Part shown: positions 1-8,685 of the stretch, in pieces
Layout: every line of letters starts with the position of its first letter
Position numbering within the stretch: position 1 is the first letter of the stretch
NCBI GenBank assembly: GCA_000989765.1
Contig: LBOW01000011.1
Coordinates: 1-54,830, forward strand
DNA length: 54,830 nucleotides
From: Candidatus Woesebacteria bacterium GW2011_GWB1_33_22
GTDB lineage: Bacteria > Patescibacteriota > Microgenomatia > UBA8517
Direction: 5' to 3'
The notes under the pieces: generated by a model
What the model was told of the DNA's origin: nothing
The model's input: only the letters and a program-made list of their open reading frames with translations
The model's database searches: none
Made by a program: the position numbers and the translations under genes

Positions 1-38
1 GGGTGTTTGATTTTACCCCACACAAATTCACTTTTCAT
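1..38 (-). CDS. 5' end of an outward-reading ORF (MKSEFVWGKIKH..), cut by the window edge; function unknown
   Basis: AGGAG, 5-nt spacer, ATG at 38..36 on the minus strand. An identical copy starts at 54792 (+). Confidence 0.3.
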   Translation of the reverse strand, partial: MKSEFVWGKIKH

Positions 39-98
39 ACTAACTCCTGTTGAAATTGACATTATTCAATGTCGAATAAGTATCTGATCCTACACAAT
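1..98. repeat. Left arm of a perfect 98-bp inverted repeat (partner 54732..54829)
   Basis: Reverse complement of 1..98 equals 54732..54829 at every base. Identity stops at 99/54731. Confidence 0.95.
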
Positions 99-116
99 AA
101 CTGATTTTGAACACGA

Positions 117-1040
117 TTAACTGACGCTTGTCCCTGTATAGATTTTAGGTTCACTCCATGATGGCGGTATATCTTGTTGTATCTCTTCTTCTGCCTCTTC
201 AGGTGTCATTGAAGAAACATTTTCACTTTGTTTTAACTGTGGTTTTAAAGTACTTAATATTTGTACTTGGTTAAACGGTTTATTTGGTATAGCTCCTTGT
301 GGAAAAGAATTTGGTTGCACCTTAGTCATTCTAAGTCCGCCTAGTTTTAATAACTCTGTAAAAGTTTCAAATGTATTAACTGATACGTCAGTACTTTGAA
401 AGTTTTTACTCTCACTCTCAATCCCTGCTAATAAATTTGTAGCAATATCAGGATCAATTATGAAACCTCCTTCTTTAATTAAACCAGCAACAATTTCTGA
501 AGTCGAACTAGCTGCTTTTGCAAAAGAAAGTACTTGTAAATCTTTATTTTCAATTTCTAACAGTTTTGTGCCTAAATGAATTATTTTAGAACCTACAAAA
601 TCTGGATATTTTAATACTGGAAAATCAGATTCATCTGTACCACCAATTAAAATTATAAAGTCAGAGCCACCTCCAGCATAACTTACTTCAATTTGATCCT
701 GGTTTGGTGATTTAAACCCTGCTTTCGGGCTAACAGTTAGCTTAAACTGTCCATTCTCAATATCATAACTTACTTTATCTACATCAACGGCATTATAATT
801 AATAAACTTAATTGTCAAATTTTTATCTCCCAAATTAGAAGTTACTTTATCTACCCCAATTAGTCTTGAAAACTCGGTAGTCATCGGAGTAGAACAAGAG
901 ATAGTTACATTTTTACCTGAACTCAAGAGAGACAGATAAAGTGAAAGTCCGGCTGCAACCTTATCCAAATTTGGCTTTTGTGTGAGAAGAATTAAAACTT
1001 CCAAAGAAGAATCAATTAATGCTTTAAATGAGTTATCCAT
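117..1040 (-). CDS. DHH/DHHA1-like (NrnA-like) protein with unrecognisable catalytic motifs
   Basis: 307 aa directly downstream of infB, where nrnA-type genes often sit. The N-terminus (LILLTQKPNLDKVAAGLSLYLSL) resembles the DHH motif I/II region, but I cannot find the DHH and GGGH signatures. Confidence 0.35.
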   Translation of the reverse strand: MDNSFKALIDSSLEVLILLTQKPNLDKVAAGLSLYLSLLSSGKNVTISCSTPMTTEFSRLIGVDKVTSNLGDKNLTIKFINYNAVDVDKVSYDIENGQFKLTVSPKAGFKSPNQDQIEVSYAGGGSDFIILIGGTDESDFPVLKYPDFVGSKIIHLGTKLLEIENKDLQVLSFAKAASSTSEIVAGLIKEGGFIIDPDIATNLLAGIESESKNFQSTDVSVNTFETFTELLKLGGLRMTKVQPNSFPQGAIPNKPFNQVQILSTLKPQLKQSENVSSMTPEEAEEEIQQDIPPSWSEPKIYTGTSVS

Positions 1041-2439
1041 TTTTGCCTACGGCAATAATAACATCTCCTATTTGAAAATCAAGTTGAGGATGAAAAAATA
1101 TTCCAAATTCTTCTCCTTGAGAAACTCCTGATACTTCTTGTTTTTGTTTTTTAATTGAAGTTGCTGTAATTTTACCCAATTCAACATCCCCTCTCATTAG
1201 TCTTAAATCTGATGTCTTTTCAATCCTGCCCATTAAAACCTTTGATCCTGCAACTCTTTTTCCATTAAAAGGAAAACTTGTAACAATTTCAGCCTTACCT
1301 AAAGTTTCCCTTAAACCACTTCTAACTATTTCATCTAATCTTTGTAATAACTCATAGATGATATCAAATCTTTCAACCTTTACTTTATCCATCTCGGCTA
1401 ATTTTTTGACACTTCCAGGTATTTTACTTTCAAACACAAAAATCAAAGCATTGTTTGCTTTAGCGTTTAAAACATCTGATTCTGTAACATCTCCCACACT
1501 ACTTTCTAAAACTGCAAATTCTTGAGGAATGGAAGCAACTAATGCTTCTAATGACCCTGCACTATTGGCTTTTAAATAAAGTGGAATCTTAGTTTTGTCA
1601 ATCTGACGTTTTGGTGTAGAATCCATTGTCTCACTTGATACTTGATACTTGATACTTGATACTTGGCCTGTAACTAAAGCCCCAACTTCAGGTAAACTTT
1701 CAAACCCTAAAACTTTAGCGGGTTCTCCAGGTAAAATCTCCTTAACGGGCTTATTTTGATAATCAAAAAGTCCTTTTACTTTCCCTTTTGCCTTTTCACT
1801 AAATATTTCATCACCAATTTTTAATTTTCCGTTTCTTACGACTAAAGACACCATATTTCCACCTTTATCTTTATTTGTCTCAATGACAAAAGCTTCAAGA
1901 TCTGCATCAGAATCTGCTTCAATATTGTTCACATCTGCAAGTAGAGATATTAAATCTAATAAATCAGTAAGTTTTTCTTTTTTCTTAGCAGATACTCCAA
2001 TGTATGGAGTTTGTCCACCACGTCCTTCAAAATAAATTCCTTCTTTTTCAAGACCAGAAAGCGTCTCATCAACTGAAGCTGCTGGTAAATCAGTTTTCGT
2101 AATAACCACTATAAATGGGGTGCCTGCAGTATTAATGTGGGCAATTGCCTCTTTTGATTGAGGCTTAACTCCGTCTGAACCATCAACAATCAACAGGGCA
2201 ATGTCAGCAAGTTTGGACCCACGAGCTCTCATGCCTGAAAAAAGGGCATGGCCGGGAGTGTCTATGAAGGTGATCCTGTGACCATCTTTTGTGTTTACAA
2301 TAGAGGCTCCTATTGATTGGGTAATACCTCCCGCCTCTCCTGAAGTTACATTGGAGTTTCTTAAAGCATCAAGAAGTGAAGTCTTACCATGATCTACATG
2401 CCCAAGAACTGTTACTATTGGTTGTCTTTTTATTTTCAT
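1033..2439 (-). CDS. infB: Translation initiation factor IF-2 (short form starting at the G domain)
   Basis: G motifs GHVDHGKT, DTPGH and TKTD, followed by the beta-barrel and C-terminal domains. Sits in nusA-infB order. Confidence 0.92.
   Translation of the reverse strand: MKIKRQPIVTVLGHVDHGKTSLLDALRNSNVTSGEAGGITQSIGASIVNTKDGHRITFIDTPGHALFSGMRARGSKLADIALLIVDGSDGVKPQSKEAIAHINTAGTPFIVVITKTDLPAASVDETLSGLEKEGIYFEGRGGQTPYIGVSAKKKEKLTDLLDLISLLADVNNIEADSDADLEAFVIETNKDKGGNMVSLVVRNGKLKIGDEIFSEKAKGKVKGLFDYQNKPVKEILPGEPAKVLGFESLPEVGALVTGQVSSIKYQVSSETMDSTPKRQIDKTKIPLYLKANSAGSLEALVASIPQEFAVLESSVGDVTESDVLNAKANNALIFVFESKIPGSVKKLAEMDKVKVERFDIIYELLQRLDEIVRSGLRETLGKAEIVTSFPFNGKRVAGSKVLMGRIEKTSDLRLMRGDVELGKITATSIKKQKQEVSGVSQGEEFGIFFHPQLDFQIGDVIIAVGKNG
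1634..1666. repeat. Perfect heptamer array (CTTGATA) x4.7 inside infB
   Basis: cttgata repeated at 1634, 1641, 1648 and 1655, then cttgg. Encodes QVSSIKYQVSS on the minus strand. Confidence 0.95.
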
Positions 2440-2445
2440 AATTTC

Positions 2446-3438
2446 TCATGCTTGTGAATCTTCAATTATTTGTTCACTATTCCCAATAATTTCTATTTTA
2501 TACCCAGTTAATTTGCTAGCAAGCCTTACGTTTTGACCATCCTTACCAATTGCTAATGATAATTGGTCTTCAGGAGCTTTAACTTCAGCGGTTAATTCTT
2601 TTTTATTTAATTTAACTTCCAAGTTTTCTGCAGGAGCAAGAGCCAACTTAATCAACTCTGCATAATCTTCACCAAATGGAATAACATCTACTCTTTCTCC
2701 ACCAAGTTCGTTTGTAACTGCCTGAACTCGAACTCCTTTTTGGCCCACACAACTTCCTACAGGATCAACTCCACGACTTTCAGAATAAACTGCAATCTTG
2801 GTCCTGACTCCAGCTTCACGAGAGATTAACTTAATTTGAACTGATTTAGCTCCAATTTCGGGAACTTCACGAGCAAAAAGTTTAACTACAAAATCAGGAT
2901 CACTTCTGGAAAGAATTAATTCTTTTCCTTTAATTGTTTCTCTAATGTCTTTTAAGAGGAATGTTAATCTTTGTCCTTGAGATAATCTTTCGGTTGGAAT
3001 TCTTTCCTCCGCGGGCATGAATCCTTCTGTTCTACCCATGTCCACTCTAACATTAGAACCATCAAAGCGTAAAACTATACCTGAAACTAGTGACCCAACT
3101 TTTCCGCTAAACTCATCCATAATAACTCCCCTTTCAGCTTCCCTAATTTTTTGATGAATAACTTGTTTTGCAGTTTGAGCTGCAATTCTTCCAAAACCTG
3201 GGGGTGTTACATCTTTGCCATCTATTGATACTTTGGCTCCACCATCAAGGGAATTAATCTCAGCATCAAGAATAACTTCCTCACCATATTCAATACCAGC
3301 CTCTTTTTGATCACGCCTGAAAGCTGCAATTATTGCCTGCTTAATGGCATCAATTATTGTATTAGCATCAAGGCCTCTTTCTTGAACTATAGCCTTTAAA
3401 GCTTGACTAAATTCTGTTCTTGGTTGATTATTACTCAT
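2446..3438 (-). CDS. nusA: Transcription termination/antitermination factor NusA
   Basis: N-terminal domain, S1 domain (GSLVSGIVLRFDGSNVRVDMG) and two KH domains (VGSCVGQKGVRVQAV; LAIGKDGQNVRLASKLTG). Confidence 0.92.
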   Translation of the reverse strand: MSNNQPRTEFSQALKAIVQERGLDANTIIDAIKQAIIAAFRRDQKEAGIEYGEEVILDAEINSLDGGAKVSIDGKDVTPPGFGRIAAQTAKQVIHQKIREAERGVIMDEFSGKVGSLVSGIVLRFDGSNVRVDMGRTEGFMPAEERIPTERLSQGQRLTFLLKDIRETIKGKELILSRSDPDFVVKLFAREVPEIGAKSVQIKLISREAGVRTKIAVYSESRGVDPVGSCVGQKGVRVQAVTNELGGERVDVIPFGEDYAELIKLALAPAENLEVKLNKKELTAEVKAPEDQLSLAIGKDGQNVRLASKLTGYKIEIIGNSEQIIEDSQA

Positions 3439-3440
3439 AT

Positions 3441-3474
3441 TTTTAAAAAAATAGTGGGCCTTAAAATCCCACTA
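3441..3474 (-). terminator. Intrinsic-terminator-like hairpin plus U7 in the nusA leader
   Basis: Minus strand reads TAGTGGG-attttaagg-CCCACTA followed by TTTTTTT. The T-run ends 6 nt before the nusA ATG. Confidence 0.55.
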
Positions 3475-3481
3475 GTAATGA

Positions 3482-3510
3482 AGTTTACATTTATCTGAAG
3501 TTAAAATCAA
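3482..3510 (-). promoter_or_regulatory. Candidate sigma70-type promoter for the nusA leader
   Basis: Minus strand TTGATT-17 nt-TAAACT. The predicted start falls at the foot of the hairpin. Confidence 0.4.
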
Positions 3511-3519
3511 GGACAACCC

Positions 3520-3837
3520 TTATTTATTACTTGAGTCCAAAATCAGTTTAGTATTTCTTGTATCATTGGCTATTTGAAAAAATATTGCTGAAACTGGTTC
3601 TCCGTTATTTTTTTCTGAAAGTTTTAAGGCTACTGCCTCTTGAAAATCAGCTTTAACATCCAATCTCATTCTCGAAACATTTGCATCGTAATATAAGCCT
3701 AACAGATCTTTAACTGATTCTGCTTTTTCTAGCTTGTTACCTAATTCATGCCCAAAACTAAGAGCACTTTTTGATTCTTCTTTGTATCTAAATTCTACTA
3801 AATCTGGCTCTCCACCAATGTTTACCATATTATACAA
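3520..3837 (-). CDS. Hypothetical protein (about 102-105 aa)
   Basis: ORF only. The track start is a TTG; the first ATG is at 3828. No motif recognised, and it does not look like RimP. Confidence 0.4.
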   Translation of the reverse strand: MYNMVNIGGEPDLVEFRYKEESKSALSFGHELGNKLEKAESVKDLLGLYYDANVSRMRLDVKADFQEAVALKLSEKNNGEPVSAIFFQIANDTRNTKLILDSSNK

Positions 3838-3886
3838 GAGTATCCTCTCTCTCTCTGCCTGTCAAGAGGAATTATCAAAAATAAAT

Positions 3887-4150
3887 TTAAGCTGTTTGAA
3901 GTTTTTCCGTAAGCCAAATACGGGAGAGAGTGGAGACTGTTACACCTTTTTGCTTTGCAATTTTATTTAATTTCCTTTTTAAATCTTTTTGGATACGAAG
4001 GATTAAAGATTCAGTTTTTGGTTTATTTAAATTAACAACCAAATCTATATCTTTGAACTGATCCCAATAATCAGCCAAACTGTGGTTATCCCAAAAATTT
4101 ACCTCTTCTTCATAATTTTTAAAATTTGGTATTTTTTTTATTTTTGTCAT
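3887..4150 (-). CDS. brnA: BrnA/CopG-type antitoxin
   Basis: FWDNHSLADYWD motif plus a C-terminal ribbon-helix-helix-like LRIQKDLKRKLNKIAKQKGVTVSTL. Overlaps the upstream brnT by 4 nt. Confidence 0.7.
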   Translation of the reverse strand: MTKIKKIPNFKNYEEEVNFWDNHSLADYWDQFKDIDLVVNLNKPKTESLILRIQKDLKRKLNKIAKQKGVTVSTLSRIWLTEKLQTA

Positions 4151-4410
4151 ATCGTTAGTTTTCTTTCTTTTCTATCTGCTGACCTTGCAGTAACTATATA
4201 ATATTTCCCTTCAGTTTTTCTGTCTACAACTATTGAAATAAAATTACCTTTAAACTCGCAAATCAAAACAATTCTTGCTCTATAACCATATCTAAATGCT
4301 TTTATATTTAAAATTGCATTCTCAATAATCCTTTTTGTTAGTCCATGTTTTTTAACATGTTCAACATTCCAATCATTCCAAACTAAATTGTTAATTTCAA
4401 TTCTTGTCAT
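4147..4410 (-). CDS. brnT: BrnT (DUF497) ribonuclease toxin
   Basis: WNDWNVEHVKKHGL N-terminus typical of DUF497; 87 aa; paired with the antitoxin downstream. Confidence 0.7.
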   Translation of the reverse strand: MTRIEINNLVWNDWNVEHVKKHGLTKRIIENAILNIKAFRYGYRARIVLICEFKGNFISIVVDRKTEGKYYIVTARSADRKERKLTI

Positions 4411-4441
4411 ATTGTATTACAAATGTATTACAAAAGTCAAA

Positions 4442-5332
4442 TTATAATCCTTCTTCTTTCAAATCATCAATTATTCTTTTTTGTGTTCTTGTCATTTTTT
4501 CTGGGACTAAAATATTTAATTTCACATACTGATCTCCCTTTTGTCTATGATGTGGGTTTGGAGCACCTTTGCCTTTAAGTCTAATCATTGTTCCCGATCC
4601 CGTCCCTTCTCTTATTTTAATTTTAATTTCATCATCAATTGTTGGAACTTTAATTGTTCCACCCATTACTGCCATGGAATAAGGAATTGTGACATTTATA
4701 TAAATATCATCTCCATCTCTTTCAAAAAATTCATGTGGGGCGACATTAACTGACAAGGTAAAATCTCCAAAATTAATTTTTGTTCCTTCATCAACACCTG
4801 GAGGGATTTTAATTTTTCTGCGCGTACCTTCTATATCAAATTCTTTTTCAACCCCATTTACAGCTTCCATAAATTCCAAGCGTACAGAATATCTGGGAAT
4901 TTGCCTTTGTTGTCTAAATGGCGACCCGCCTCCGAAAAAGCTTTCAAAAATATCAAACGGATCTCCAAAATCTGCGTTTCCAAAAGGTGAACTGCTACCC
5001 GATGACCAAGTGTAAGTAAATGGTGCACCCTGAGCGGAGCCGAAGGGCCCTCCACCAGCAAACGGATTTCCTCCACCTCGAGATCCCATTCCACCAGGGG
5101 AAAATGCATCATGACCATAATTATCATATGCGCTCTTTTTAGAAGAGTCAGATAAAACTTGATAAGCTTCATTTATCTCCTTAAATTTTCTTTCAGCCTC
5201 TTCTTTATCAGTTCCTTGGTGTCTGTCAGGATGCCACTCAAGCGCTTTTTTGCGATAAGCATTTTTAATTTCTTGACCACTTGAGGTTTTTGTCACCCCC
5301 AGCAAATCATAATAATCGTTTTTAGTAGACAT
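4442..5332 (-). CDS. dnaJ: DnaJ-family co-chaperone without zinc-finger domain (class II / CbpA-like)
   Basis: J domain with HPD (EWHPDRH), a G/F-rich linker and C-terminal substrate-binding domains. No CxxCxGxG repeats. Confidence 0.85.
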   Translation of the reverse strand: MSTKNDYYDLLGVTKTSSGQEIKNAYRKKALEWHPDRHQGTDKEEAERKFKEINEAYQVLSDSSKKSAYDNYGHDAFSPGGMGSRGGGNPFAGGGPFGSAQGAPFTYTWSSGSSSPFGNADFGDPFDIFESFFGGGSPFRQQRQIPRYSVRLEFMEAVNGVEKEFDIEGTRRKIKIPPGVDEGTKINFGDFTLSVNVAPHEFFERDGDDIYINVTIPYSMAVMGGTIKVPTIDDEIKIKIREGTGSGTMIRLKGKGAPNPHHRQKGDQYVKLNILVPEKMTRTQKRIIDDLKEEGL

Positions 5333-5350
5333 TGGGTTATTTTACTCTAG

Positions 5351-5548
5351 CTAAAATAAATTTGGAAGCAACTTGTGTAACATATATCTTGTTTTATCCT
5401 CTATTGTATATCTTGGATAAGTTTCCATAAGCTTCTCATGGGTAATCGATCTATCTACTGCCCAATTTTTAATATTTTCTTGCCATAATTTTTGTGAAGG
5501 ATCTTCATTTACAATTATAAGTTTTTGGGGTGTCTGCTCTGTTGTCAT
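5351..5548 (-). CDS. Small hypothetical protein between dnaK and dnaJ
   Basis: 65 aa. Its ATG overlaps the dnaK TGA (ATGA). No motif recognised. Confidence 0.4.
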   Translation of the reverse strand: MTTEQTPQKLIIVNEDPSQKLWQENIKNWAVDRSITHEKLMETYPRYTIEDKTRYMLHKLLPNLF

Positions 5549-7485
5549 TCAACAACCTCCCCTTCTTCGACCCCTTCGGCTGGCTCAGGGCGAGCTTTTG
5601 CATCTGATTTTTTGTCTTTTGTTTCATTTGTCTTTTCCTCAGGCTTAGCTTCTGCTTCATTTTCATTTTTGACATTTGAATTTTGATTTTGGTTTCCATA
5701 CATTGCCTGTCCTACTTCAGACAAAGTTTCTGAAAGTTCTTTAGTTTTTGCCTCTAAATCTTCTTTTGAACCACTTTCAAGTATATCTTTTAAGGCTTTA
5801 ACTTTTTCTTCTACTTTTGCTTTTACATCTGCAGGAGCCTTATCGCCTGCGTCTTTCAAAGCTTTCTCTGCGGTTACAATCATTGCATCAGCATTGTTTT
5901 TAGATTTAATTATTTCTGCTTTCTTTTCGTCTTCTGCTTTATTCTTCTCCGCATCTTCCTGCGCCTTTTTAACTTCCTCATCTGTTAAGCCAACAGAACC
6001 TGTAATTTTAATGTTTTGAGTTTTTCCAGTTGCTTTGTCTTTTGCAGTAACGGTTAAAATGCCATTGGCATCCAAATCAAACATGACTTCAATTTGGGGA
6101 ACACCTCTTGGGGCAGGAGGAATGCCATCCAATACAAATCTTCCAAGAGCTTTATTGTCATTACTTAAAGGCCTTTCGCCTTGAGTAATATGAATTTCAA
6201 CTTGTGTCTGATTATCGGCAGCAGTTGAAAACACTTCTGTCTTACTTGTAGGTACTGTTGTATTTCTTGGAATCATTGGTGTAGCTACCCCTCCCATTGT
6301 TTCAATTGCCAAGGTCAGAGGTGTTACATCCAAAAGTAAAATATCTTTAACATCTCCCGCCAAAACTCCTGCTTGAATAGCAGCACCTACTGCAACAACC
6401 TCGTCAGGATTTACAGACTTATTTGGTTCTTTGCCAAAAAATTTCTTAACCTCTTCAACAACTTTTGGCATTCTGGTCATGCCACCAACCATAATAACCT
6501 CGTTAATGTCCCCAGCTTTTAATCCTGCATCTTTAAGACAAGCTTCCACCGGTTTAATTGTCTTTTGAATAAGTTCATCTACAATTGACTCTAATTTTGC
6601 TCTTGTTATCTTCATCGTCAAGTGAATCGGTTGGCCGTCTTTTTGAGTTATATAAGGTTGGTTTATTTCAACTTCATCTGCTGCTGATAATTCTATCTTT
6701 GCTTTTTCTGCAGCATCACGAACGCGCTGTAATGCCTGTTTATCAAGCCTTAAATCCATTGAATTTTCTTTTTTGAATTCTTCTGCTATAAAATCAACTA
6801 TCTTTTCGTCAAAATCATCTCCTCCAAGGTGTGTATCTCCGTTTGTTGCCTTGACTTCAAATACCCCGTCTCCTAATTCCAAAATCGAAATATCAAATGT
6901 TCCACCACCTAGGTCATAAACAGCAATTTTCTCAGCTTTTTTCTTGTCTAATCCATAAGCCAAAGCTGCGGCGGTTGGTTCATTAATTATTCTTTCAACC
7001 TTTAGCCCTGCAATTTCTCCTGCTTGCTTGGTTGCCTGTCTTTGAGAATCATCAAAATAGGCAGGGACTGTAATAACTGCTCTATCTACAGATTCTCCCA
7101 AATACTTTTCCGCATCTTTTTTAAGTTTCATTAAAACGCGAGCGCTAATTTCTTGAGGGGTATAAGTTTTACCATCAATTTCAACATCAGCCATTCCCGA
7201 CTTTCCTGAAACAATCTTGTAGGAAACCATTTTTTGAGTTCTAGTTACTTCTTTATCTTCAAACCTTCTACCCATTAACCTTTTAACTGAAGATATTGTA
7301 TTTACTGCATTTAAAATCATCTGTCTTTTAGCCACATCTCCAACAAGGTTTTTGGCAAGTTCTACAACCGATGGGGTTGTATTTTTACCAGTATCAGAGG
7401 CACTAATAACCTTGGGGCTTCCGCCTTCCATTACTGCTACACAGCTATTTGTTGTTCCTAAATCAATACCGATTATTTTTGACAT
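5545..7485 (-). CDS. dnaK: Molecular chaperone DnaK (Hsp70)
   Basis: [22 protein letters not shown] and the rest of the Hsp70 architecture are present across the full length. Confidence 0.98.
   Translation of the reverse strand: MSKIIGIDLGTTNSCVAVMEGGSPKVISASDTGKNTTPSVVELAKNLVGDVAKRQMILNAVNTISSVKRLMGRRFEDKEVTRTQKMVSYKIVSGKSGMADVEIDGKTYTPQEISARVLMKLKKDAEKYLGESVDRAVITVPAYFDDSQRQATKQAGEIAGLKVERIINEPTAAALAYGLDKKKAEKIAVYDLGGGTFDISILELGDGVFEVKATNGDTHLGGDDFDEKIVDFIAEEFKKENSMDLRLDKQALQRVRDAAEKAKIELSAADEVEINQPYITQKDGQPIHLTMKITRAKLESIVDELIQKTIKPVEACLKDAGLKAGDINEVIMVGGMTRMPKVVEEVKKFFGKEPNKSVNPDEVVAVGAAIQAGVLAGDVKDILLLDVTPLTLAIETMGGVATPMIPRNTTVPTSKTEVFSTAADNQTQVEIHITQGERPLSNDNKALGRFVLDGIPPAPRGVPQIEVMFDLDANGILTVTAKDKATGKTQNIKITGSVGLTDEEVKKAQEDAEKNKAEDEKKAEIIKSKNNADAMIVTAEKALKDAGDKAPADVKAKVEEKVKALKDILESGSKEDLEAKTKELSETLSEVGQAMYGNQNQNSNVKNENEAEAKPEEKTNETKDKKSDAKARPEPAEGVEEGEVVE
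5566..5594. repeat. GC-rich mini-element related to the 20-mer at 34500/50582
   Basis: ttcgaccccttcggctggctcagggcgag shares TTCGAC and GCTCAGGGCRAG with the 20-mer. Encodes ARPEPAEGV in the DnaK tail. Confidence 0.6.
5658..5692. repeat. Degenerate period-7 array in the dnaK 3' tail
   Basis: cattttc atttttg acatttg aattttg attttgg. Encodes [12 protein letters not shown]. Confidence 0.6.
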
Positions 7486-7486
7486 A

Positions 7487-7939
7487 TTATTTTGTTTTCG
7501 CTACTTTCACTCTTGCATGTCTTACTACTGTTCCATCAGAATATTTCCATCCTGGCATAACTACTTCTGAAACATTATTATTATCTTTTTCTTCTAAAGT
7601 TTCAATGGTCTCTATAACTTCACTTGTTGCTTCATCAAATTTATCCCCTACATTAATTTTTATTTCTTCAAATCCTTCCTCATGGGCCAATGTTTCAAGT
7701 TGCCCAATAATCATTGCTATCCCAGAATCTTTAATATGATTCTGTGCACTTTTTAAATTATCAATAATTGGTAATATCTTTGACATGAATGAAACACTTG
7801 CGAGTTTAAACATTTCAACTCTTTCCTCATCAGTTCTTTTTTGTAAATTTGCATAATCAGCCATTGCTCTTGCTAATTGTTCTTTCAGAACAATTTGGCC
7901 GTTAGCTATTGGCTGTTGGCTATTAGCTTTCTTTTTCAT
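7487..7939 (-). CDS. grpE: Nucleotide exchange factor GrpE (short, 150 aa)
   Basis: Lies between hrcA and dnaK. Coiled-coil N-terminal half and a GrpE-like C-terminus ([20 protein letters not shown]). Confidence 0.85.
   Translation of the reverse strand: MKKKANSQQPIANGQIVLKEQLARAMADYANLQKRTDEERVEMFKLASVSFMSKILPIIDNLKSAQNHIKDSGIAMIIGQLETLAHEEGFEEIKINVGDKFDEATSEVIETIETLEEKDNNNVSEVVMPGWKYSDGTVVRHARVKVAKTK
7901..7928. repeat. Degenerate heptamer array in grpE (same family as 32291..32325)
   Basis: gttagct attggct gttggct attagct. Encodes ANSQQPIAN. Confidence 0.85.
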
Positions 7940-8658
7940 AGCATTATTTCCTCTAACATGTTCCTATAATACCTAATTGTTGGGACAAGGCTTGAATAAG
8001 ACTGTCTAACTGGTCCAATTACACCCAGTGCTCCGTTTTTGTCTTTTACTTTAAAGTGTGCAGCAACAATGCCTACAGGCATATTTCTAAAACCCATATC
8101 TTCTGTAAATAATACATCAAATGGAGTTTCTATTGGGAAACGATTGAAAAATAGGTCAATTAATTGCTCATCCTCATCCATAAAATCAAAAAGTAATGCG
8201 CAAGCCCTGATGTCCCCGAATTCGGGATATGAAAATATATTAGCATGTCCTGCCTGCCAAACAGACCCGTCGTTAGTCATTGTAATCGCCATTCCGCCAG
8301 TTTGGTCAGCTAAAGAATGGGTCATCTCATTTACAAACTTATCAAAGTTACCCCTGTCATCCCAGACTTCTTCCTTGGCTTTAACTTCATCAGCCAAACT
8401 CATTTGTTTTTCTTCCATAAGTTGATCTACATAAAATTTCATTGCTCCTGAGGTTGGAACTCTTCCTGCTGAAGTATGAGGTTGTTTTAAAAATCCACTC
8501 TTTGTCAAATTAGCCATTTCATTTCTAATAGTTGCGGGGGATACACCAAGATTATATTTTTTCTCTAAAGCATCGGAGCCTACAGGTTCTGCTGTTTCAA
8601 TATACTCATCAATTAATGCCTTTAAAATTTGTGTCTGTCTCGATGTTAGTGCGTTCAT
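7936..8658 (-). CDS. hrcA: Heat-inducible repressor HrcA (short, 240 aa)
   Basis: N-terminal wHTH (LTSRQTQILKALIDEYIETAEPVGSDAL ... HTSAGRVPT). First gene of the operon, with a CIRCE element upstream. Confidence 0.85.
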   Translation of the reverse strand: MNALTSRQTQILKALIDEYIETAEPVGSDALEKKYNLGVSPATIRNEMANLTKSGFLKQPHTSAGRVPTSGAMKFYVDQLMEEKQMSLADEVKAKEEVWDDRGNFDKFVNEMTHSLADQTGGMAITMTNDGSVWQAGHANIFSYPEFGDIRACALLFDFMDEDEQLIDLFFNRFPIETPFDVLFTEDMGFRNMPVGIVAAHFKVKDKNGALGVIGPVRQSYSSLVPTIRYYRNMLEEIML

Positions 8659-8685
8659 CTGGCACTATCATAATATGAGTGCTAA
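8659..8685 (-). promoter_or_regulatory. CIRCE operator
   Basis: Minus strand TTAGCACTC-atattatga-TAGTGCCAG. The left arm is perfect and the right arm matches 6/9 of TTAGCACTC-N9-GAGTGCTAA. It abuts the hrcA ATG. Confidence 0.8.

Noticed and set aside
3845-3856. Considered the (CT)6 tract between a TTGACA and a TATAAT box as a spacer-length phase-variable promoter
   Set aside because: The spacer is 25 nt, and the TATAAT abuts the first ATG of the downstream ORF, so the geometry does not give a usable transcript. The tract is also short.
5545-5548. Considered alternative genetic code (UGA recoding, as in some CPR lineages)
   Set aside because: Conserved genes end at TGA at the expected length (for example dnaK at 5545..5547). 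All core ORFs are full length under the standard bacterial code.
4541-8425. Track ORFs antisense to or overlapping dnaJ, dnaK, grpE and hrcA (4541..4753, 4858..5172, 5505..5699, 6585..6776, 7352..7570, 7449..7739, 8039..8425)
   Set aside because: They lie entirely within strongly supported conserved genes, have low-complexity translations, and carry no independent signals.
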